A stretch of 64,000 bases of DNA from an uncultured Actinomycetota bacterium (GCA_963786585.1 CAWAZG010000006.1:782338-846337); one strand, 5' to 3'. Shown: positions 49,372 to 63,445, counted from the stretch's first letter. Numbers and translations: made by a program. Notes: generated by a model not told the origin, from the sequence alone.

Positions 49372-49416
49372 TTACTGGCTGGTATCACTCGCTGAGCGAG
49401 CGATACCAGCCAGTAA
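49372..49416. terminator. long hairpin between convergent DoxX and hisS
   Basis: TTACTGGCTGGTATC...GATACCAGCCAGTAA 15-bp stem plus inner CTCGC/GCGAG. Confidence 0.7.
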
Positions 49417-49424
49417 CCGTGCGG

Positions 49425-50695
49425 TCAGGAGTCCTCGAGGGCGCGGTCCACCGCGGCCGCGGCGCCGTCGAGGGCGATGGCCTGCTGGGAGCCGTCGGTG
49501 AGGTCCTTGAGCTGGATCTCCCCGGCCTCGAGGTCGCGCTCGCCCAGCACGAGCGCGAAGCGGGCGCCCGAGCGGTCGGCCGCCTTCATGGCGCCCTTGA
49601 GCCCGCGACCGCCGTAGGCGAGGTCGGCGCGGATGCCCGCGTGGCGCAGCGCCCCGATGATCCCGACGAGGCGGTCCTTCGCCGCGTCGCCGAGCGGGAC
49701 GCCGAAGACCTCGACCCGCGAGGCCGTGTCGAGGCCCGCCTCCTCCGCGCGGCAGGCGAGGAGCGCGCGGTCGACGCCGAGCCCGAACCCGACACCGGAC
49801 AGGTCCTGCCCGCCGAGCTCGGCCATCAGGCCGTCGTAGCGCCCGCCGCCGCCGATGCCCGACTGGGAGCCCAGGCCGTCGTGGACGAACTCGAAGGTCG
49901 TCTTCGTGTAGTAGTCGAGCCCGCGCACCATCCACGGGTTCTCGACGTAGGCGACGCCGAGGTCGTCGAGGTGACGCTTGACCGCCGCGTGGTGCGCGGC
50001 CGCCTCGTCGGAGAGGTGGTCGATCATCAGCGGGGCGTCGGTGAGCTGCTCGCGGACCTCGGGGCGCTTGTCGTCGAGCACGCGCAGCGGGTTGATCCGC
50101 GCCCGCTCGCGGGTGGCCTCGTCGAGGTCGAGCTTCTCGAGGAACCGCGTGAGCTCCTGGCGGTACTGCGGCCGCGTGGTGGCATCGCCGAGGCTCGTGA
50201 TCTCCAGGCGGTAGCGGCGCAGGCCCAGCGCGCGGAACCCGGCGTCGGCGACGGCGAGGACCTCGGCGTCCAGGGCCGGGTCGTCGACGCCGATCGCCTC
50301 GACCCCGACCTGCTGGAGCTGGCGGAACCGCCCGGCCTGCGGGCGCTCGTACCGGAAGAACGGCCCGGTGTAGCGCAGTTTCACCGGTAGCCCGCCGCGG
50401 TCGAGGCCGTGCTCGATCACCGACCGGACGACGCCCGCGGTGCCCTCGGGCCGCAGGGTCACCGAGCGGCCGCCGCGGTCGTCGAAGGAGTACATCTCCT
50501 TGCTGACGACGTCGGTGGACTCGCCGACGCCGCGCGCGTAGAGCGCGGTGTCCTCGAAGACCGGCAGCTCGATGTGGGCGTAACCGGCGCGGTCGGCCTC
50601 GCGCACGAGGGTGTCGCGGACGCTCGTGAACTCCGGACCGACGTACTCGGGGACGCCCTTGGGCGCGCTGAAGCCCCCGGGCGGGACGGCCGCGG

Positions 50696-50699
<4 letters not shown>
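49425..50699 (-). CDS. hisS: histidine--tRNA ligase
   Basis: [41 protein letters not shown]. Confidence 0.97.
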
Positions 50700-51388
<689 letters not shown>

Positions 51389-51479
51389 GTCCTCGTCCTC
51401 CTCGGACAGATCGGTTCGATTCGCCACCCTAGTCGAGCCCACACTCCGGGCCCGTCGGCGCGGTTCCTACGATGCCCCC

Positions 51480-52289
51480 GTGCCGACGAACGAACAGCGC
51501 CGGAAGGCCGCCAAGAAGAAGCTGGAGCGTCAGCTCGAGCGACGCGCGGAGCGGGCGAAGCGACGTCGGCAACGCCTGACCATCATCTCGGTGGTCGCGG
51601 TCGTGGCGGTGGTCGCCGTCGCAGCGGGGATCTACTTCGTCGTGACCGCCGAGGACGACCCTGCGCCGGTCGCCGCGCCGTCGACCTGCACGTACAACCC
51701 GTCGGAGGCGGCGGCCAAGCCGAACACCCCGCCCGACGGCAACCCCCCGACCACCGGCACCGTCGACGTCACCCTGCAGACCTCGCAGGGCGCGATCCCG
51801 ATGACGCTCGACCGCGCCTCGGCACCCTGTGCGGTCAACGCGGTGGTCAGCCTCGCGTCGCAGGGCTTCTACGACGACACGCCCTGCCCGCGCCTGGTCA
51901 CCAGCCAGGGGCTCCAGGTGCTCCAGTGCGGCGACCCGACCGGCTCAGGCTCAGGGGGCCCGGGCTACCAGTACGCCGAGGAGCCCCCGGCCGGCCTGCC
52001 GCCGTTCCCGGGCGCCGAGGGCCAGGCGTCGACCTACGCCCGCGGCCTCGTGGCCATGGCCAAGAGCTCGCAGCCGGGCTCGACGGGCAGCCAGTTCTTC
52101 CTCGTCTACGGCGACTCGGCCCTGCCGCCGGAGTACTCGGTGGTCGGGCGCATCGCGACCCCCGGGCTCGCGGTGCTCGACCGCGTCGGCGCGGGCGGGG
52201 ACGACGGCTCGAACCAGGCCGGGGGCGGCGCGCCGCGCATCCCGGTGCAGATCCAGCGCGCCGTCGTCGCCGGGCCCCCGGCGCCCTGA
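51480..52289 (+). CDS. membrane-anchored cyclophilin-type peptidylprolyl isomerase (PpiB-like)
   Basis: MPTNEQRR, TM helix, LQCGDPTG, GSQFFLVY. Confidence 0.9.
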   Translation: MPTNEQRRKAAKKKLERQLERRAERAKRRRQRLTIISVVAVVAVVAVAAGIYFVVTAEDDPAPVAAPSTCTYNPSEAAAKPNTPPDGNPPTTGTVDVTLQTSQGAIPMTLDRASAPCAVNAVVSLASQGFYDDTPCPRLVTSQGLQVLQCGDPTGSGSGGPGYQYAEEPPAGLPPFPGAEGQASTYARGLVAMAKSSQPGSTGSQFFLVYGDSALPPEYSVVGRIATPGLAVLDRVGAGGDDGSNQAGGGAPRIPVQIQRAVVAGPPAP

Positions 52290-52292
52290 CGC

Positions 52293-52331
52293 AGATGTCA
52301 GCGGCGTGGCGCCGCAGACGTTGAGTGTCCG
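52293..52331 (-). repeat. 39-bp inverted repeat, left arm
   Basis: Exact reverse complement of 52833-52871. Confidence 0.92.
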
Positions 52332-52403
52332 TAACGCCACGCAGACGCCTGCACATCCGATTCGTCCAAGCCTGCGAGGCGGGCGTCGCCCTAGCGTGAC
52401 CGC

Positions 52404-52790
52404 ATGGATGAGGACGCTGTCGCGCGCGAGATCGTCGCGCTCGCCCGGGACTGGAACACGGCGATCGTCTCGAACGACGCCGACAAGATCGCCGAGTACA
52501 TGACAGACGACTGGGTGATCGTCTCGTGGACGGGAGTCACGGGACGGGACGATTTCCTCGCCTTCGTGCGCTCCGGCGCGCTCGGGCACACGCGGATGGA
52601 GCCTGCGAGCGATCCGCGGGTGCGCGTCCACGGGGACGTCGCGACCCTCGTCGTCCGGGTCGTGAGCACCGCCCAGTACGGCGGCGCGGACATCGACGCC
52701 GACGAGTGGACGTCGGACGTCTTCGTCCGCGCCGACGGTCGCTGGCGCTGCGCGCTGACGCACATCACCCCGGTGTCGCCGGCGTCCTGA
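52404..52790 (+). CDS. NTF2-like / DUF4440 protein
   Basis: DWNTAIVSND, VRVHGDVA, WTSDVFVR, WRC. Confidence 0.85.
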   Translation: MDEDAVAREIVALARDWNTAIVSNDADKIAEYMTDDWVIVSWTGVTGRDDFLAFVRSGALGHTRMEPASDPRVRVHGDVATLVVRVVSTAQYGGADIDADEWTSDVFVRADGRWRCALTHITPVSPAS

Positions 52791-52832
52791 TCCGATCGAG
52801 TGCGTGGCCCTATCGGCGTGCTCCGTTGAATT

Positions 52833-52871
52833 CGGACACTCAACGTCTGCGGCGCCACGCCGCTGACATCT
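52833..52871 (+). repeat. 39-bp inverted repeat, right arm
   Basis: CGGACACTCAACGTCTGCGGCGCCACGCCGCTGACATCT. Confidence 0.92.
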
Positions 52872-52874
52872 CCG

Positions 52875-54383
52875 CTACGCCGTCAGGGGCAGCGCGCCGG
52901 GGTGGAGGGGGGCGGGGAGGTCGGTGCTGCCCTCGGGGTCGAGGTAGCGGTCGACGGCCGCCGCGGCCGAGCGGCCCTCGGCGATCGCCCACACGATCAA
53001 CGACGCACCGCGGTGGGCGTCGCCGCAGACGAACACGCCGGGCGCGTCGGTCTGCCAGTCCGAACCACAGCCGACCGCGCCCTTGGGGTTGCGCTCGATC
53101 CCGAGGGCGGGCAGGAGCGCCCGGTCGTCGGGGCCCGTGAAGCCGATGGAGAACAGCACGAGGTCGCACGGCATCTCGTGCACCTCCTCCGAGGTCGGCA
53201 CGACCTCCCGGTGCCCGTCGGCGTCCCGGCGCACCTCGACCGACGAGAGCTCGACCGCCCGCACGTGGCCGCGCTCGTCGCCCACGAACCGGCGGACGGC
53301 CGTGGCGAACAGGCGCTCGCCGCCCTCCTCCAGCGCCGGCGGCGTCCGGAAGACGTACGGCCAGGTCGGCCACGGTGACGACGAGTCCTGCCGGGTCTTC
53401 GGCGGCGGGGGGTACTGGTCGAGCTGGTGAACGGCCAGCGCGCCCTGGCGGGTCGCGGTGCCGTAGCAGTCCGCCCCCGTGTCGCCGCCGCCGATGATGA
53501 CGACGTTCGCCCCGCGGGCGTTGATCGGCGACGGGCCGTCGCCCTCGCACTCGCGGTTGGCGGGCACGAGGTACTCCATCGCCAGGTGCACGCCGTCGAG
53601 GTCGCGGCCCTCGATGGTGCGGTCGTCGCGGCCCTCGAGCGCGCCGACCGCGAGCACCACGGCGTCGTGCTCGCCCTGCAGCCGCTCCACGGGCAGCGCC
53701 GCGGTCCCGACCTCGCAGTTCGTCACGAACCGGGTGCCCTCGGCGCGCATCTGGTCGAGCCGGCGGTCGAGCTCCCACTTCTCGAACTTGAACTCCGGGA
53801 TGCCGTAGCGCATGAGCCCGCCGAGGCGGTCGTCGCGCTCGAAGACCGTGACGTCGTGCCCGGCGCGCGTGAGCTGCTGGGCCGCGGCGAGCCCCGCGGG
53901 CCCCGACCCGACGACGGCGACGCGACGCCCGGTGCGGTTGCTCGGCATCTGCGGGACGACGTACCCGTCGGCCCAGCCGTTCTCGGCGATCGACCACTCG
54001 ACGCGCTTGATCGCCACCGGGCCCGGCTGGCTGGTGATCGACAGGACGCAGGCCGCCTCGCACGGCGCGGGACACAGGGCCCCGGTGAACTCCGGGAAGT
54101 TGTTCGTGGCGTGCAGGCGCTCGCTCGCGCGGTCCCACTCGCCCCGGCGGACGAAGTCGTTCCACTCCGGGATGAGGTTGCCCAGCGGGCAGCCGGCGCC
54201 GCCGGAGTGGCAGAACGGGATGCCGCAGTCCATGCACCGCGCCGCCTGGGTCTGCGTGCCCTCGCGGGTCGCGGGCTCGGTCAGCGACGCGTAGAGCTCG
54301 TGCCAGTCGGTGCGGCGCTCCTCGATCGGACGCTTGGGGTTGTCCTCACGGGAGTACTTGAGGAACCCGCGTGGGTCAGCCAC
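52875..54383 (-). CDS. gltD: glutamate synthase small subunit
   Basis: [44 protein letters not shown]. Confidence 0.96.
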   Translation of the reverse strand: MADPRGFLKYSREDNPKRPIEERRTDWHELYASLTEPATREGTQTQAARCMDCGIPFCHSGGAGCPLGNLIPEWNDFVRRGEWDRASERLHATNNFPEFTGALCPAPCEAACVLSITSQPGPVAIKRVEWSIAENGWADGYVVPQMPSNRTGRRVAVVGSGPAGLAAAQQLTRAGHDVTVFERDDRLGGLMRYGIPEFKFEKWELDRRLDQMRAEGTRFVTNCEVGTAALPVERLQGEHDAVVLAVGALEGRDDRTIEGRDLDGVHLAMEYLVPANRECEGDGPSPINARGANVVIIGGGDTGADCYGTATRQGALAVHQLDQYPPPPKTRQDSSSPWPTWPYVFRTPPALEEGGERLFATAVRRFVGDERGHVRAVELSSVEVRRDADGHREVVPTSEEVHEMPCDLVLFSIGFTGPDDRALLPALGIERNPKGAVGCGSDWQTDAPGVFVCGDAHRGASLIVWAIAEGRSAAAAVDRYLDPEGSTDLPAPLHPGALPLTA

Positions 54384-57300
54384 CGGCCGCCACCTCCATG
54401 ATCACCTCGTGGGGGTCGCGCCCTTCGGCCTGGGCCCGCTGGGTCGCGTCGAGGACGCGCTGGAAGTCGTCCGGCATGACCTTGGTGAAGCGCGGCACGG
54501 CGGCCGCCCAGTCGTCGAGCAGGGCCGCCGCCCGCGGCGACCCGGTGAGGTCGCGGTGGCGCTCGACGACGCCGCGCAGCCAGTCCGCGTCCTCGTCGTC
54601 CACCTCGAGCAGCGACACCATCTCCGGGTTCACCCGCACCTCGGGCAGGTCGAGCACGAAGGCGATCCCTCCGGACATCCCGGCGCCGAGGTTGCGTCCC
54701 GTCGTGCCGAGGACGACGACCCGGCCGCCGGTCATGTACTCGCAGGCGTGGTCCCCGGTGCCCTCGACGACGGCCAGCGCCCCCGAGTTGCGGACACAGA
54801 ACCGCTCGCCGACCTGCCCGCGCAGGAACACCTCACCCCCGGTGGCGCCGTAGGCGATGACGTTGCCGGCGATCACGTGCGTCTCGTCGACGGTGCCGGC
54901 GAAGGGCGCATCGTCCGAGGGCCGCACGATCACCCGGCCGCCGGACAGACCCTTGGCCAGGTAGTCGTTGCTGTCACCGACGAGGTCGAGCGTCATCCCG
55001 GGCGGCAGGAACGCCCCGAACGACTGCCCGGCGGACCCGGTGAACCCGACGTGGACCGTGTCGTCGGGCAGGCCCGCGTCGCCGTAGCGGCGGGTGATCT
55101 CGGCGCCGGTCAGCGTCCCGACGGTGCGGTTGACGTTGCGCACCGGCATCTCCAGGCGCACCGGCGTCGCGTCGGAAAGGGCGCCCTCGGCGAGCTGCAT
55201 GAGGGTGCGGTCCAGCGCCCGGTCCAGGCCGTGGTCCTGGGAGCGCGTGCGGATGCGGTCGGTGGGCGCGCCCTCCGGCACGTCGGGGACGGTGAACAGC
55301 GGCGCCAGGTCGATGCCCTGGGCCTTCCAGTTGTCCACCGCCTCGACGGCGTCGATCAGCTCGGCGTGCCCGATGGCCTCGTCCATGGTGTGGAATCCCA
55401 GCTCGGCGAGGTACTCGCGGACCTCCTCGGCGATGAACCAGAAGAAGTTCTCCACGAACTCCGGCTTGCCGGTGTAGCGCTTGCGCAGCTCCGGGTTCTG
55501 GGTCGCGACGCCCACCGGGCAGGTGTCGAGGTGGCAGACACGCATCATGATGCAGCCGTTGACGATCAACGGCGCTGTCGAGAACCCGTACTCCTCGGCC
55601 CCGAGCAGGGCGCCGACGATGACGTCGCGACCGGTCTTCATCTGGCCGTCGACCTGGACGGTGATGCGGTCGCGCAGCCCGTTGATCATGAGCGTCTGCT
55701 GGGTGTCGGCCAGGCCGACCTCCCACGGCGCCCCGGCGTGCTTGAGCGAGGTCAGCGGCGCCGCGCCGGTGCCGCCCTCCCAGCCGGAGATCAGCACGAC
55801 GTCGGAGTGCGCCTTCGCCACGCCCGCGGCCACCGTGCCGACACCGACGGACGCCACGAGCTTGACGTGGATCCGCGCGTGCTCGTTGGCGTTCTTGAGG
55901 TCGTGGATGAGCTGTTTGAGGTCCTCGATGGAGTAGATGTCGTGGTGCGGCGGCGGCGAGATCAGGCCGACGCCGGGCGTGGAGTACCGCACCTCGGCGA
56001 TCCACGGGTAGACCTTCTGCCCCGCGAGCTGGCCGCCCTCGCCGGGCTTCGCGCCCTGGGCCATCTTGATCTGGATGTCGGTGCAGTTGACCAGGTACTC
56101 GCTGGTGACACCGAACCGCCCGGACGCCACCTGCTTGATCGCCGAGCGTTTCGACGGGTCGTGGAGCCGGACCGGGTCCTCCCCGCCCTCGCCGGTGTTC
56201 GACTTGCCGCCGATGTTGTTCATCGCGATCGCGAGGTCGGTGTGCGCCTCCGCCGAGATCGACCCGTACGACATGGCGCCGGTGGCGAAGCGCTTGACGA
56301 TCTCCGTCGCCGGCTCGACCTCGTCGATCGGGATCGGGCTCCGGTCCTCGGTGCGCAGCCGGAACATCCCCCGCAGCGCGCCGCCGGAGGAGATCAGCCG
56401 GTTGACCTCGGCCGTGTAGCGCTGGAACACGCCCCACTGCTTCGTCCGCGTGGAGTGCTGCAGCAGGAACACCGTCTCGGGGCTGAACAGGTGCAGCTCG
56501 CCCTCGCGGCGGTAGGCGTACTCGCCGCCGACGTCGAGCGCGCGGTAGGCCCGCTCCCCCGGGTTCTCCGGGTGGGCCTGCCGGTGGCGCTCGGCGGCCT
56601 CGCGGGCGACGACGTCGAGCCCGCCCCCGCCGAGCTTGGACGCCGTGCCGGTGAAGAACTCGTCGACGAACTCCTGTGAGAGCCCGACGGCCTCGAAGCC
56701 CTGGGCCGCGGTGTAGCCCGACACCGTGGAGATGCCCATCTTCGACATCACCTTGCGGACGCCCTTGACCAGCGCCTTCACGTAGTGGTCGATGGCCTCC
56801 GCGCACTCGATGTCCTGCAGCCACCCGCTGGTGATCATGTCTTCGATCGACTCGAAGGCCAGGTACGGGTTCACCGCCGCGGCGCCGTAGCCGAGCAGCA
56901 GCGCGATGTGGTGCACCTCGCGGGCGTCGCCGCACTCGACGACCAGGGCGGCCTGGGTGCGCTCGCGGGTGCCGACGAGGTGGTGGTGCACCGCCGACAC
57001 CAGCAGCAGCGCCGGGATCGGCGCCCACTGCGCGTCGGAGTCGCGGTCGGAGAGCACGAGGATGCTCTTGCCGACTCCGATCGCCTCGGACGCCTGGCGG
57101 CGCACGCGGTCGAGCGCGTCGGCCAGGGCCCGCTCGCCGCCGTCGACCTCGTAGAGCCCGGAGATCACCGTCGCGGCGAACCCGTGCATGTTGCCGTCGT
57201 CGTCGACGTGGATGAGCTTGGCGAGGTCGTCGTTGTCGATCACCGGGTCGGGCAGCACGACCTGCCGGCACGAGGCGGGGCCGGGGTGGAACAGGTTCTG

Positions 57301-59004
57301 CTCCGGGCCGATGGCCCGCGTCATCGAGGTGACGAGCTCCTCGCGGATCGCGTCGAGCGGCGGGTTCGTCACCTGCGCGAAGAGCTGGACGAAGTAGTCG
57401 TAGAGCAGCCGGGAGCGCGCCGACAGGGCTGCGGTGGGGGTGTCGGTGCCCATCGACCCGAGCGGCTCCGCGCCGGTGGTGGCCATCGGCGCGAGGAGGA
57501 CCCGCAGGTCCTCCTCGGTGTAGCCGAAGGTCAGCTGCCGGCGGACGACCGACGCGTGGGTGTGCACGATGTGGTCCCGCGGCGGCAGGTCGTCGAGGTG
57601 CACCAGCCCGGCGTGCAGCCACTCGCCGTAGGGCGCCTCGGCGGCGAGCTCGCTCTTGAACGCGTCGTCGTCGACGATGCCCGCAGAGCCTTCTCCCGTC
57701 GCTGCGCCCGCCCCGGAGCGGGTGTCCACGAGGAACATCCGCCCCGGCCGCAGGCGCCCCTTGGCCAGCACCCGCGACGGGTCGACGTCGAGCACTCCCG
57801 ACTCGCTGGCCAGCACCACGCGGTCGTCGTCGAGGTGCCACCAGCGCGCCGGGCGCAGGCCGTTGCGGTCGAGGGTGGCGCCCATGAGCGTGCCGTCGGT
57901 GAACGTCACGCAGGCCGGGCCGTCCCAGGGCTCCATGAGGCTCGCGTGGAAGCGGTAGAAGTCGCGCTGGTCGGTCGGCATCTCGGCGTGGTTCTCCCAC
58001 GCCTCGGGCATCATCATCATCACCGCGTGCGGCAGCGGCCGGCCGCCGAGCTCGAGCAGCTCGAGCACCTCGTCGAAGCTCGCCGAGTCCGAGACGTCCT
58101 CCGGGCACACCGGCATCGCGCGCTGGAGGTCGCCGGGGAAGAGGTCGGTGGCGAGCAGCGCCTCGCGGGCCCGCATGCGGTTGCGGTTGCCGCGGATCGT
58201 GTTGATCTCGCCGTTGTGCGCCATCACCCGGTACGGGTGGGCCAGCGGCCAGCTCGGGAAGGTGTTGGTCGAGAACCGGCTGTGCACCACGGCGATGGCG
58301 CTGACCAGGCGTTCGTCGCGCAGGTCGGGGAAGAACGCCGGCAGCTGGTCGGTGGTCAGCATGCCCTTGTAGGTCATCGTGCGGCTGGAGAGCGACGCGA
58401 TGTAGAGCCCGCACCCCTCCTCGGCGGACTGGCGCTCCGCGCGCTTGCGCACGATCCAGGCGAGGCGGTCGAGCTCGATCCCGGCGACCTGCCGGTCGGG
58501 GGTGGCGACGACGATCTGCGCGAAGTGGGGCATCGCGCCGCGCGCCACCGATCCGACATCGGCGCCCTCGGGGTCCACCGGGACCTCGCGCCAGCCGAGG
58601 ACGTCGAGGCCCTCCTCGGCGACGATGCGCTCGAGCAGCGAGATCGCCTTGGCGCGATCGTCGGGGTCGGCGGGCAGGAACGCGAGGCCGGTGGCGTACG
58701 CCAGCACCGGCGCGCCACCGTCGGACGACGGCCTGGCCTCGGGCAGCGCGAAGTCGACCGTGGCCCGCAGCAGCGCGTCGGGCACCTGGAGCATGATCCC
58801 GGCCCCGTCCCCGCTCGTCGGCTCGCTGCCGGCGGCGCCGCGGTGGTCGAGGTTGTGCAGGACGACCAGGGCGTCGCGCACGATCGCGTGGCCGGCCACC
58901 CCGCGGGTGTTCGCGACGGCACCGACCCCGCAGGCGTCGTGCTCGTACGCGGGGTCGTAGAGCCCCTGCGGGCCCGGGGCCGAGCGGGCCTTCGACACAG
59001 GCAT
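54376..59004 (-). CDS. gltB: glutamate synthase large subunit
   Basis: [54 protein letters not shown]. Confidence 0.97.
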   Translation of the reverse strand: MPVSKARSAPGPQGLYDPAYEHDACGVGAVANTRGVAGHAIVRDALVVLHNLDHRGAAGSEPTSGDGAGIMLQVPDALLRATVDFALPEARPSSDGGAPVLAYATGLAFLPADPDDRAKAISLLERIVAEEGLDVLGWREVPVDPEGADVGSVARGAMPHFAQIVVATPDRQVAGIELDRLAWIVRKRAERQSAEEGCGLYIASLSSRTMTYKGMLTTDQLPAFFPDLRDERLVSAIAVVHSRFSTNTFPSWPLAHPYRVMAHNGEINTIRGNRNRMRAREALLATDLFPGDLQRAMPVCPEDVSDSASFDEVLELLELGGRPLPHAVMMMMPEAWENHAEMPTDQRDFYRFHASLMEPWDGPACVTFTDGTLMGATLDRNGLRPARWWHLDDDRVVLASESGVLDVDPSRVLAKGRLRPGRMFLVDTRSGAGAATGEGSAGIVDDDAFKSELAAEAPYGEWLHAGLVHLDDLPPRDHIVHTHASVVRRQLTFGYTEEDLRVLLAPMATTGAEPLGSMGTDTPTAALSARSRLLYDYFVQLFAQVTNPPLDAIREELVTSMTRAIGPEQNLFHPGPASCRQVVLPDPVIDNDDLAKLIHVDDDGNMHGFAATVISGLYEVDGGERALADALDRVRRQASEAIGVGKSILVLSDRDSDAQWAPIPALLLVSAVHHHLVGTRERTQAALVVECGDAREVHHIALLLGYGAAAVNPYLAFESIEDMITSGWLQDIECAEAIDHYVKALVKGVRKVMSKMGISTVSGYTAAQGFEAVGLSQEFVDEFFTGTASKLGGGGLDVVAREAAERHRQAHPENPGERAYRALDVGGEYAYRREGELHLFSPETVFLLQHSTRTKQWGVFQRYTAEVNRLISSGGALRGMFRLRTEDRSPIPIDEVEPATEIVKRFATGAMSYGSISAEAHTDLAIAMNNIGGKSNTGEGGEDPVRLHDPSKRSAIKQVASGRFGVTSEYLVNCTDIQIKMAQGAKPGEGGQLAGQKVYPWIAEVRYSTPGVGLISPPPHHDIYSIEDLKQLIHDLKNANEHARIHVKLVASVGVGTVAAGVAKAHSDVVLISGWEGGTGAAPLTSLKHAGAPWEVGLADTQQTLMINGLRDRITVQVDGQMKTGRDVIVGALLGAEEYGFSTAPLIVNGCIMMRVCHLDTCPVGVATQNPELRKRYTGKPEFVENFFWFIAEEVREYLAELGFHTMDEAIGHAELIDAVEAVDNWKAQGIDLAPLFTVPDVPEGAPTDRIRTRSQDHGLDRALDRTLMQLAEGALSDATPVRLEMPVRNVNRTVGTLTGAEITRRYGDAGLPDDTVHVGFTGSAGQSFGAFLPPGMTLDLVGDSNDYLAKGLSGGRVIVRPSDDAPFAGTVDETHVIAGNVIAYGATGGEVFLRGQVGERFCVRNSGALAVVEGTGDHACEYMTGGRVVVLGTTGRNLGAGMSGGIAFVLDLPEVRVNPEMVSLLEVDDEDADWLRGVVERHRDLTGSPRAAALLDDWAAAVPRFTKVMPDDFQRVLDATQRAQAEGRDPHEVIMEVAAGG

Positions 59005-59240
59005 CTCGTGCCTCCTCGTCGTCGCGCGGGTGGTGGAGACCCGGGGACGACGGTGGCCCAGGATGGATGACGGCGTTGCCACCCGCCGCGCGGCGTGCAT
59101 GCGGCGGGTCCGTGTATCGAACCCGGTGGGACGGGTGACGGGCACGGAAACGGCGGCGCCGGACCCCGACGTCCTGCGCGGTGCGTGCCCGATCCTAGTC
59201 CGTCAGCGGACCCGTGGCAGGCCCGGAGGTGACGTCTGCG

Positions 59241-60377
59241 TCAGCTCGTGGCGCGCGACGGGGGCTCCGCCGGCGCGTCCTGCTCGCGCTCCTGCTGCGG
59301 GTCGGCGGGCGCCGCGTCGACGCTGCTGGCGTCGGACGCCCCACCCTTGCCCCCGGGCTCCGCCGCGGACGACTTCTCCTTCGAGCGCGCCTCGACCTCG
59401 TTCTGGGCGCGCTGGTCCTCGTCGGGATCCCCGGTGCTGTTGGTGCTGACCACGGAGCCAGGCGTACCCGGGTCCCCGTCGCCCGAACCGGTGGCGAAGC
59501 GGCCGAACACCTCACGGGGGCGGCCACGGTTCACGATCATGTAGATCACCGCTCCGACGAACACCACGGCCGCGACCACCACGTTGATCCGCACGTCGCC
59601 GAAGACGCGGGTCGCCGGGTCGGTGCGCAGGAGCTCGATGACGAAGCGCCCGGCGGTGTAGCCCGCGACGTAGAGGGCGAACGCGCGGCCGTGCGACAGC
59701 CGGAACCGCCGGTCGGCCCAGACGACGAGCGCGGCGACCGCGAGGTTCCAGAGCAGCTCGTAGAGGAACGTGGGCTGGACGACCGCGATCGGTGTGGTGT
59801 CGACCGCGACGCCGGTGAGGTTGTCCGGCGCGCCCGTGAGGGGGTCGATCCGCCGGTAGATCTCCAGTCCCCACGGCAGCGTCGTCGGTGCCCCGTAGAG
59901 CTCCTGGTTGAACCAGTTGCCCAGACGGCCGATGGCCTGCGCGGTGACGATGCCCGGCGCGGCGGCGTCGGCGAACGCCGTCAGCGGGATGCCGCGGCGC
60001 CGGCAAGCGATCCAGGCGCCGACCCCGCCCAGCGCGATCGCGCCCCAGATCCCGAGCCCGCCCTGCCAGATGAAGAGCGCGGCGACCGGGTTCCCGCCGG
60101 GTCCGAAGTACGTCGGCCAGTCGGTGGCCACGTGGTAGAGCCGCCCGCCGATCAGCCCGAACGGGACGGCCCACACCGCGACGTCGGTGACGGTGCCCGG
60201 CTCGCCGCCGCGGGCGACGAAGCGGCGCTCGGTCCAGAGGATCGCCACGACGATGCCGGCGATGATGCAGAGCGCGTAGGCCCGCAACGGGATCGGCCCG
60301 AGCTCCCAGACGCCCTGCGGCGGGCTGGGCAGATAGGTGGGCAGAACCGTGACCGCTGTCGGCACCGCTGGGAGCAC
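59241..60377 (-). CDS. lgt: prolipoprotein diacylglyceryl transferase (start uncertain)
   Basis: IGGRLYH, GGLGIWG, IGRLGNWFNQELYG, PTFLYE; acidic C-terminal tail. Confidence 0.93.
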   Translation of the reverse strand: MLPAVPTAVTVLPTYLPSPPQGVWELGPIPLRAYALCIIAGIVVAILWTERRFVARGGEPGTVTDVAVWAVPFGLIGGRLYHVATDWPTYFGPGGNPVAALFIWQGGLGIWGAIALGGVGAWIACRRRGIPLTAFADAAAPGIVTAQAIGRLGNWFNQELYGAPTTLPWGLEIYRRIDPLTGAPDNLTGVAVDTTPIAVVQPTFLYELLWNLAVAALVVWADRRFRLSHGRAFALYVAGYTAGRFVIELLRTDPATRVFGDVRINVVVAAVVFVGAVIYMIVNRGRPREVFGRFATGSGDGDPGTPGSVVSTNSTGDPDEDQRAQNEVEARSKEKSSAAEPGGKGGASDASSVDAAPADPQQEREQDAPAEPPSRATS

Positions 60378-60400
60378 GGCGCCACGCTATCTGTCGGCGG

Positions 60401-61209
60401 TCAGCGCCCCGTGTGCTGGCCCCGCACGCCGGCGGCGAGCTCGGTGGTGAGGCGGGCGACGGCCGCCCGGCCGTGCTCGGCGGCGCTCACCAGGGCCGAG
60501 CCCACGATCACGCCGTCGGCGAAGGACGCGACCTCGCCCGCCTGGGCGCCGTTGCGCACGCCCAGCCCGACGCCGATCGGGAGGTCGGTGTGCGTCCGCG
60601 TCCGCGCGACGAGCGTGGTGGCGGTGTCCGAGACCGCGTCCCGGGCGCCCGTGACGCCCATCGTCGAGGCGGCGTAGAGGAACCCGCGGGTGGCCGCCGT
60701 GGTGGACGCGATCCGCTCGTCCGACGACGACGGCGCGACGAGGAAGATCGGGGCGAGGCCCTCGCGGTCGGCGGCGGTGAGCCAGCTCCCGGCCTCGTCG
60801 GGCACGAGGTCCGGCGTGATCACGCCGAGCCCGCCGGCGGCGGCGAGGTCGCGGGCGAAGGCGTCGACGCCGTAGCGCAGCACCGGGTTCCAGTAGGTCA
60901 TCACCACGGCCCGCCCGCCCCGCTCCGCGAGCTGCTCGACGATCGCGAGCGTGTCGCGGACCCGCACCCCGCCCTTGAGCGCGGCGTCGACGGCGTGCTG
61001 GATCACCGGGCCGTCGAGCACAGGGTCGGAGTACGGCAGGCCGACCTCGACGAGGTCGGCACCCGCGTCGAGGGCCTGGGTGAGCAGCCCGAGCGAGCCC
61101 TTGATCGTCGGGTAGCCCGAGGGCAGGTAGGCGATCAGCGCGGCGCGGTCCTCGGCCTTCGCGGTGGTGAAGACCTCGGCGAGGCGCGTGATGCCGGTGC
61201 CGGTCGTCG

Positions 61210-61213
<4 letters not shown>
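60401..61213 (-). CDS. trpA: tryptophan synthase alpha chain
   Basis: [37 protein letters not shown]. Confidence 0.96.
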
Positions 61214-62514
<1,301 letters not shown>

Positions 62515-62595
62515 CGTGGAGCTCTTCCTGCGGGATGTGCGGGGGTCGTCGGCGATGCTACGAGGCCGCGCGACGGAGAAGCAGCGCGGCGGGAC

Positions 62596-63405
62596 TCAGC
62601 GTGCCGGCTTCGGGCACGCGGGGTGCGAGCCCGCTGTGACCAGCTGGCGCACCGCCGCCCGCGGGTCCTCCGCCGTGGCCATCGACTCGCCGACGAGCAC
62701 GGCGTCGGCACCGTGGCCGGCGTAGGTCATCAGGTCGCCGGGGCCGCGCACGCCGGACTCGGCGACGCGCAGCACCTCGCCGGGCAGGCCGGGGGCGATC
62801 CGGCTGAACACCGAGCGGTCGACCTCGAGGGTGTGGAGGTCGCGGGCGTTGATGCCGACGAGCTTGGCGCCGGCACGCAGTGCCATGTCGGCCTCCTCCT
62901 CGTTGTGCACCTCGACCAGCGCCGTCATCCCGAGGGAGTGGACGCGGTCGACGAGGGCGTCGAGGGCGTTCTGCTCGAGCACCGAGCACATGAGCAGGAC
63001 CAGGTCGGCGCCGTGGGCGCGCGCCTCGTGCACCTGATAGGTGCCGATGACGAAGTCCTTGCGCAGGATCGGGATGTCGACCGCGGCCCGGACGGCGTCG
63101 AGGTCGTCCAACGAGCCGCCGAAACGCCGCTGCTCGGTGAGCACGCTGATGACCCGCGCACCGCCGTCGACGTAGCGGCCGGCGAGCCACGCGGGGTCGG
63201 GGATCTCGGCCATCGGGCCCCGGGAGGGGCTCGCGCGCTTGATCTCCGCGATGACACCGATGCCGGGGCCCTGCAGCGCGGCGAGGGCGTCGCGTGCCGG
63301 CGGTGCGGCCGCTGCGAGGTCCTTGACGGCCGCGAAGGGAACGGCGGCTTCGCGGGCGGCGAGGTCGGCCCGAACCCCGTCGAGGATCTCCTCCAGGACG
63401 CTCAC
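62596..63405 (-). CDS. trpC: indole-3-glycerol phosphate synthase
   Basis: [33 protein letters not shown]. Confidence 0.96.
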   Translation of the reverse strand: MSVLEEILDGVRADLAAREAAVPFAAVKDLAAAAPPARDALAALQGPGIGVIAEIKRASPSRGPMAEIPDPAWLAGRYVDGGARVISVLTEQRRFGGSLDDLDAVRAAVDIPILRKDFVIGTYQVHEARAHGADLVLLMCSVLEQNALDALVDRVHSLGMTALVEVHNEEEADMALRAGAKLVGINARDLHTLEVDRSVFSRIAPGLPGEVLRVAESGVRGPGDLMTYAGHGADAVLVGESMATAEDPRAAVRQLVTAGSHPACPKPAR

Positions 63406-63445
63406 GCCGGGTCTGCCCCTTTCCCCCGTCCGAGTTCGCTCCATG

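Noticed and set aside
49930-49940. His[12 protein letters not shown] with Trp where Arg is usual
   Set aside because: Single substitution outside the RGLDYY core; no functional claim can be made.
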